64,000 nt of DNA from Eledone cirrhosa. Its lineage: Eukaryota. Position numbers and translations under genes: made by a program. Below the pieces are notes generated by a model. It was not told the origin of the DNA and did no database searches. It saw only the letters and a program-made list of their open reading frames with translations. The first letter of the stretch is position 1. The number at the start of each line of letters is the position of its first letter. Location: the NCBI GenBank assembly GCA_964016885.1, contig OZ024740.1, forward strand, positions 353,772,001 to 353,836,000, in the 5' to 3' direction. Below, one piece after another: positions 57,977-64,000 of the stretch.

Positions 57977-58147
57977 TCTCTCTCTCTCGCTTATATATAT
58001 ATATATAAAGAATAGTAATAAGTTGAAAGATCAAACTTGGTTTAGATATGTCAAGAACTTTTATAACTCCTTGTATTCCGCAACAAAAGAAACCGATTCA
58101 TCTATAAGGTAAATAATTCAAAATATTGAACATACACACTCCTACTC

Positions 58148-58596
<449 letters not shown>

Positions 58597-58984
58597 GTAT
58601 ATATATATATATATATATCCGATCCAATCCAGGGCCTTCTCACTTCTGATGGAAAAACTCCTTCCTGGCTGACCTCCAATACTTTTCGTCATGGCAGGAG
58701 TGTAGCTGTACTCACCATGCTTAGACAATTGTGGGTTGATGAGGTTATTTCATCCAAAGTTGGGGTGGATGACCGTTGATTCTCAGGAGTTCATCTGCCC
58801 TTCTAACAGCTCTTGTTTTTGTGCTGCTGGGGTTCCATATACCCTCCTCATCCGACCAGGTTTTGTGGAGGAGTCGGTTTAGTCAACGACGACCTGACCA
58901 TGGAGTAGGTTCTACTGGGTTACATGATACCTGGAGCAGGCAGATACCTGACCTGACTCTCTCTCCCTCCCTCTCTCTCCCTCC

Positions 58985-59034
<50 letters not shown>

Positions 59035-59111
59035 GTTTTATGTGTTATGTATTTACGTAGAAAAGGTAAAGGAAAGAAGAGTGCTCTATGTATAGAACAG
59101 AGCTATTTAAT

Positions 59112-59185
<74 letters not shown>

Positions 59186-59188
<3 letters not shown>

Positions 59189-59369
59189 TGTTTCTACTTT
59201 AGGCACAAGGCCAGCAATTACCCAGTGCATTACTGGTACTTTATTTTATTGACCCCGTAAGGATGAAAGGCAAAGTAAACCTGGGCGGGATTTGAACTCA
59301 GACCGTAAAGGGACGTAACTATGCTGGAAAGCATGGCGTTCAACTCTCTACCGATACTGCCAATCCACC
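59186..59369 (-). mobile_element. SINE within a (TAA)n tract
   Basis: Conserved core and head. Confidence 0.9.
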
Positions 59370-59385
59370 ACGAATAATAATAATA

Positions 59386-59555
59386 AAGAAAATTGGCCCC
59401 TTCACGCTTTTTGGAACGCTTCAAAAGGCATGCTTGCTGGTAACAGCAAGAACCCTCCGATACGTCCTGAATATCTGAGGCTGCAGGTAGTGGCTTGATA
59501 TTCATTTCAACAAACTTTCCAGTTAACTAACATCAATGACTGAGACTCAAAGAAC
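59386..59555 (+). mobile_element. 3'-end fragment of the Dong-like LINE
   Basis: Near-identical to 61441-61611; (TAA)n on both sides. Confidence 0.92.
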
Positions 59556-59598
<43 letters not shown>

Positions 59599-59605
59599 GC
59601 CCGTA

Positions 59606-61534
59606 ATGTGGAAACTGTTGACGAGCATTGTGTCTGAGGAAATCTACCATCACCTCCACACAAACAACTTGTTACCGGACGAACAGAAAGGATGCCGAAA
59701 GAAGTCACGTGGTACAAAGGACCAGTTGCTTATTGATAAGATGGTAATGGGGAATTGCAGGAGGAGACACACTGATCTTGCCATGGGATGGATAGACTAC
59801 AGAAAGGCATTTGACATGGTGCCTCATTCCTGGATCACCAAAAGCCTGGAGATCTTCAGGGTGGCAGATAACATCAGACAGTTGCTGGGCAGGAGTATGG
59901 GGTCCTGGGAGACAGAGTTGACATCAACTGGAGTATCCTTGGGAAGCGTGAAGATCAAGAGAGGTATCTTCCAGGGAGATAGCCTGTCCCCTCTGTTGTT
60001 TGTCCTTGCCCTGATGCCCTTGACCATTATGCTGCGAAAAGTGAGAGCAGGATACAAGTTGGGAAGGGGAGAGCTTACCATCAATCACCTCCTCTTCATG
60101 GACGATCTTAAGCTCTTCGGGAAAAGTGAGAAGGAGTTGGATGTGCTTGTTGACACTGTCCGTATTTTCAGCAGTGATATATGTATGCAGTTTGGTATTG
60201 GTAAATGTGGAGTCATTGTGATGAGGAGGGGTAGGTTGAGCAGAAGTAACGGGATCCAGATACCAACAGGTGAGATGATAAAGGAAATTGACTCTGAGGA
60301 AGGATACAAGTATTTGGGCGTTCTGGAGGCTGATGGCATAAAGAACAAAAAAATGAAGGAATTGTTAAGAACTGAATACATTCGGAGAGTAAGGAGCGTA
60401 TTGAAGTCACATCTGAACAGCAGAAATGCCATAAGCGCAGTAAATTCCCGAGCTGTGTCTATTATTAGGTACAGTGCGGGAATTCTGAGATGGAATGTTG
60501 CTGAACAAAAAGAAATGGATAGGAAGACTAGGAAGCTATTGACTATCTACAACATGTTCCACAAGAGGAGTGATGTCGATAGACTCTACCTAAGGAGATC
60601 TGAGGGTGGAAGAGGTCTTATCAGCATAGAGGACTGTGTTCAGATGGAGAAAAACAACCTATACAAATACGTGACCTATAGTAAGGAGCCAATGCTCAGA
60701 GCTGTACTGAAGGAGGGGACAGTAGGCCAGGGGATATCCAAGGAGGAAATAACATCAAGGAGGAAGAGCAGCCTTAAGGGAAAATCCCTTCATAGTACCT
60801 TCTTTGAGAAAACTGAATTTAGAGATCCACAGACATGGAACTGGTTGAGAAGAGGAGACCTCAAAAAGGCTACAGAAGGAATGCTAATGGCTGCGCAGGA
60901 GCAGGCCCTCAAAACGAAGTGGTTGAAGCACCATATCTACAAGGAGGAGGCTAGCCCACTGTGCAGGATCTGTGGAGAGAGAAAGGAGACTGTGGCCCAC
61001 ATTGTGTCCGAGTGTAAACACCTAGCCCAGACCCACTATAAGGGCTGGAGACACGATGTGATGGGCAGGGTGATCCACTGGCACCTGTGCAAAGTAAACA
61101 ATCTACCACATTCTGAGAAATGGTATGAGCATAGGCCAGAGGCGGTGATGGAGAACAGTCAGGTGAAGGTGCAGTGGGATTTTAGGATACAGACGGACAA
61201 AAAACTGGAACACAATAGACCTGACCTGGTGGTTTTGGACAAGGAAAAAAGATCGTGCCTGATTGTGGATGTGGCCTGCCCATTTGACACGAGAGTGCAA
61301 GAGAAGGAGAGGGAGAAAATTAACCGATACCAGGACTTAAAGTGGGCGGTAAAAAGGATTTGGAACTGCCATGAAGTCAAAGTGGTCCCGATTGTCATAG
61401 GCGCGCTAGGTACTATCTCAAAGAGTTTCAAGGGATGGTTAAAGAAAATTGGCCCCGCTCCGCTTTTTGGAACACTTCAAAAGGCATGCTTGCTGGGAAC
61501 AGCAAGAACCCTCCGAAACGTCCTGAATATCTGA
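59606..61534 (+). CDS. Dong/R4-clade LINE ORF (RT + CCHC + RLE), 5'-truncated; element 59599-61611
   Basis: 642-aa open frame: [61 protein letters not shown]. Confidence 0.95.
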   Translation: MWKLLTSIVSEEIYHHLHTNNLLPDEQKGCRKKSRGTKDQLLIDKMVMGNCRRRHTDLAMGWIDYRKAFDMVPHSWITKSLEIFRVADNIRQLLGRSMGSWETELTSTGVSLGSVKIKRGIFQGDSLSPLLFVLALMPLTIMLRKVRAGYKLGRGELTINHLLFMDDLKLFGKSEKELDVLVDTVRIFSSDICMQFGIGKCGVIVMRRGRLSRSNGIQIPTGEMIKEIDSEEGYKYLGVLEADGIKNKKMKELLRTEYIRRVRSVLKSHLNSRNAISAVNSRAVSIIRYSAGILRWNVAEQKEMDRKTRKLLTIYNMFHKRSDVDRLYLRRSEGGRGLISIEDCVQMEKNNLYKYVTYSKEPMLRAVLKEGTVGQGISKEEITSRRKSSLKGKSLHSTFFEKTEFRDPQTWNWLRRGDLKKATEGMLMAAQEQALKTKWLKHHIYKEEASPLCRICGERKETVAHIVSECKHLAQTHYKGWRHDVMGRVIHWHLCKVNNLPHSEKWYEHRPEAVMENSQVKVQWDFRIQTDKKLEHNRPDLVVLDKEKRSCLIVDVACPFDTRVQEKEREKINRYQDLKWAVKRIWNCHEVKVVPIVIGALGTISKSFKGWLKKIGPAPLFGTLQKACLLGTARTLRNVLNI

Positions 61535-61625
61535 GGTTGCTGGTAGTGGCTTGATATTGATTTCAACAAACTTTCCAGTTAACCAACATCAATGACTGAG
61601 ACTCAAAGAACAATAATAATAATAA

Positions 61626-62445
61626 TTTCAGAAGTCCCATTTACTGCTGAAATGGAAAACACAGAAAAAGCAAAGCAGGTAAAAGTAACTGCAAAGAAAG
61701 AACTGCTACAGAAACTGGCTAAGAAATGGCAAGAAAAGCCTCTGTATGGAAAATACCCAGAAAGAGCTAACAATCCTGATGTTGACAAAACTTTAACCCA
61801 TCAGTGGTTGGCATCCTCTGGACTGAAATCGGAGACTGAAGGACTGATTATATCAGCACAAGATCAGTGTCTGCCAACAAAAAATTACCAAGCCAACATA
61901 ATAAAAAATGGATGCAACCCATTATGCCGTGTATGTAAAAAACAACCAGAGACCATTGATCATATAATTTCAATGTGCAGTCCTATAGCTCCAACCGAAT
62001 ACCTAAACAGGCATGACAGAGCTGCACAATACATACATTGGATAATGTGTAAGTATTTTGACCTGCCCCATCAAAAGAATTGGTGGGAGCATCAACCACC
62101 TCCATACTTGAAAAAGATCACATCTCAATCTTGTGGAACTTTAGCATCCAAACAGACCGAAAAATAGATGCAAATAGACCTGATATAATACTGAAGCACT
62201 TTAAAAAGAGGATATGCCTGCTAATTGTTATGCCCGTTCCAATAGACAAGAATGTATCTATAAAAACATTTGAAAAATTGAGCAAGTATAAAGACCTGGA
62301 GATAGAAATTAGAAAAATGTGGAAATTGAGAACTAAAACAATACCAGTGGTTGTAGGCGCTCTGGGAATGATACCTAAGGGGTCTAGTGATTATTTATCG
62401 CAAATCCCAGGAAACCCGCGTATAGGAGAAATACAAAAGATAGTA
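61626..62445 (+). mobile_element. Second Dong/R4-type LINE (different subfamily), CCHC + RLE, frameshifted
   Basis: ETEGLIISAQDQ, CRVC..ETIDHIISMC, RHD, NRPDII, PVVVGALG. Confidence 0.92.
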
Positions 62446-62528
62446 TATATATGTAATTAATATAAAATACCTCTACATTTACACATCGAGTAGTCATTCT
62501 CTCGTAATCACAATTCGCGCTCATATAA

Positions 62529-62652
<124 letters not shown>

Positions 62653-62654
62653 CA

Positions 62655-62921
62655 AGTAAGTATGTTTTGAAACAGTGAGCAGGTTTAAAATTAGAAATTA
62701 GTATAGCTTTCACCGTATTTTTGACTAAAGAAATTTTAGTCTGATAATGGGGTTTAGAACCCTCAGATAAATGGAAAAATATGAGTATTGACGTACATGG
62801 GAGTCGAACCCACTTCTTTGGTTATCCATGTACGTCAATACTCATATTTTTCTATTTATCTGAGGGTTCTAAACCCCATTATCAGGCTAAAATTTCTTTA
62901 GTCAAAAATACGGTGAAAGCT

Positions 62922-62925
<4 letters not shown>
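62655..62925. mobile_element. tRNA-containing fold-back repeat, further copy
   Basis: Matches 44070-44360; tRNA 3' half at the hairpin centre. Confidence 0.85.
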
Positions 62926-62962
<37 letters not shown>

Positions 62963-63141
62963 GGGATAACAAATTGTTATAGGTAGTCCACTTAGATGTA
63001 GTCCAGTTAGAGTACTCCGAGTAGTGAATAGTACTAACGCTTGGCTAAGTTTGACTCAACAAGATGCTTCGAGTACGCGGTAATTTCTATGTAGTTTACA
63101 CTTGGAGTAATAATAAATCAAGAAAGAAGAGTGACATCGCA

Positions 63142-63249
63142 TGCTCTGATGAATAGACTGGTTATAACAAAGTATTGGTGATCGATTGACGCAAAAACAG
63201 GCGGGTAGCGATCTCTAGACCTACCAGTTCACAGAAACAATTGTCAGCA
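63142..63249 (+). ncRNA. Degenerate type I hammerhead with long stem II
   Basis: tgct CTGATGA ..actggt...accagt.. GAAA caattg TC agca; base of stem II mismatched. Confidence 0.6.
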
Positions 63250-63348
63250 ATGTGAATAAAGCCCTTATTGTATAGCAAACCATGTCATTCTTCTTTCTTG
63301 ATTTATATATATATATATAAAAGTACATATATACACACACACACACAC

Positions 63349-63459
<111 letters not shown>

Positions 63460-63493
63460 GTATATATATATATTATGTGTATGTGTGTGTGTG

Positions 63494-63546
63494 GAGATTC
63501 CTGATGATTTCTAAAGAATGAAACAGTTCTAGTCCTGTAGAATCTC
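63494..63546 (+). ncRNA. Type I hammerhead ribozyme, same family as 4952
   Basis: gagattc CTGATGA tttc-taaa-gaat GAAA cag-ttctagtc-ctg TA gaatctc. Confidence 0.85.
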
Positions 63547-63627
63547 ATCTATATTAAAACTTTTATACTCTGCTATGTATTGAGTACCTTACTTACTGTG
63601 GTTACCTCCGATTCAACCCGGAATAAC

Positions 63628-63745
<118 letters not shown>

Positions 63746-64000
63746 AAGAGAAGTAGGTTTGAATACTATATTTCTATTATCAATTTCTCACATTCTCTCA
63801 ATTTGGTTTACAAATCTGCTCATAATTTTTCCCTCCATTAAAATGCGTCACCGCTCGTTTCGTCCTTTATTTCGCTCAATAATCCCTCTTTTGTTATCGT
63901 TCAACTCTACCAGACATCAATGTTTATGCCCATATTTTGTTTCTTTTTGCTTAACGCTTAACATTTATTCCACTGTTTGTAATATTTCTATTACCTTTTG

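Overview
AT-rich eukaryotic intergenic/intronic DNA with no recognisable host gene. The SINE types and the (CA)n/(TA)n load point to an octopod cephalopod (inference). The window is mostly nested retroelements: R4/Dong-type RT+RLE LINEs sitting in (TAA)n and (CATA)n repeats, CR1-, RTE- and Tx1/L1-like LINE remnants, many Penelope-like (GIY-YIG) remnants, tRNA-derived SINEs and a Helitron-like insert. Two things the ORF track does not show: (1) at least three degraded, stop-riddled segments (745-2660 minus, 34480-35620 plus, 56800-57840 minus) whose manual translations follow the conserved motif order of a mononegavirus L polymerase, i.e. candidate non-retroviral endogenous viral elements (EVEs); (2) about 15 type I hammerhead ribozyme motifs from several families, including a non-coding retrozyme-like unit and fold-back elements. 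All protein and RNA family calls are by eye; no database search was run.
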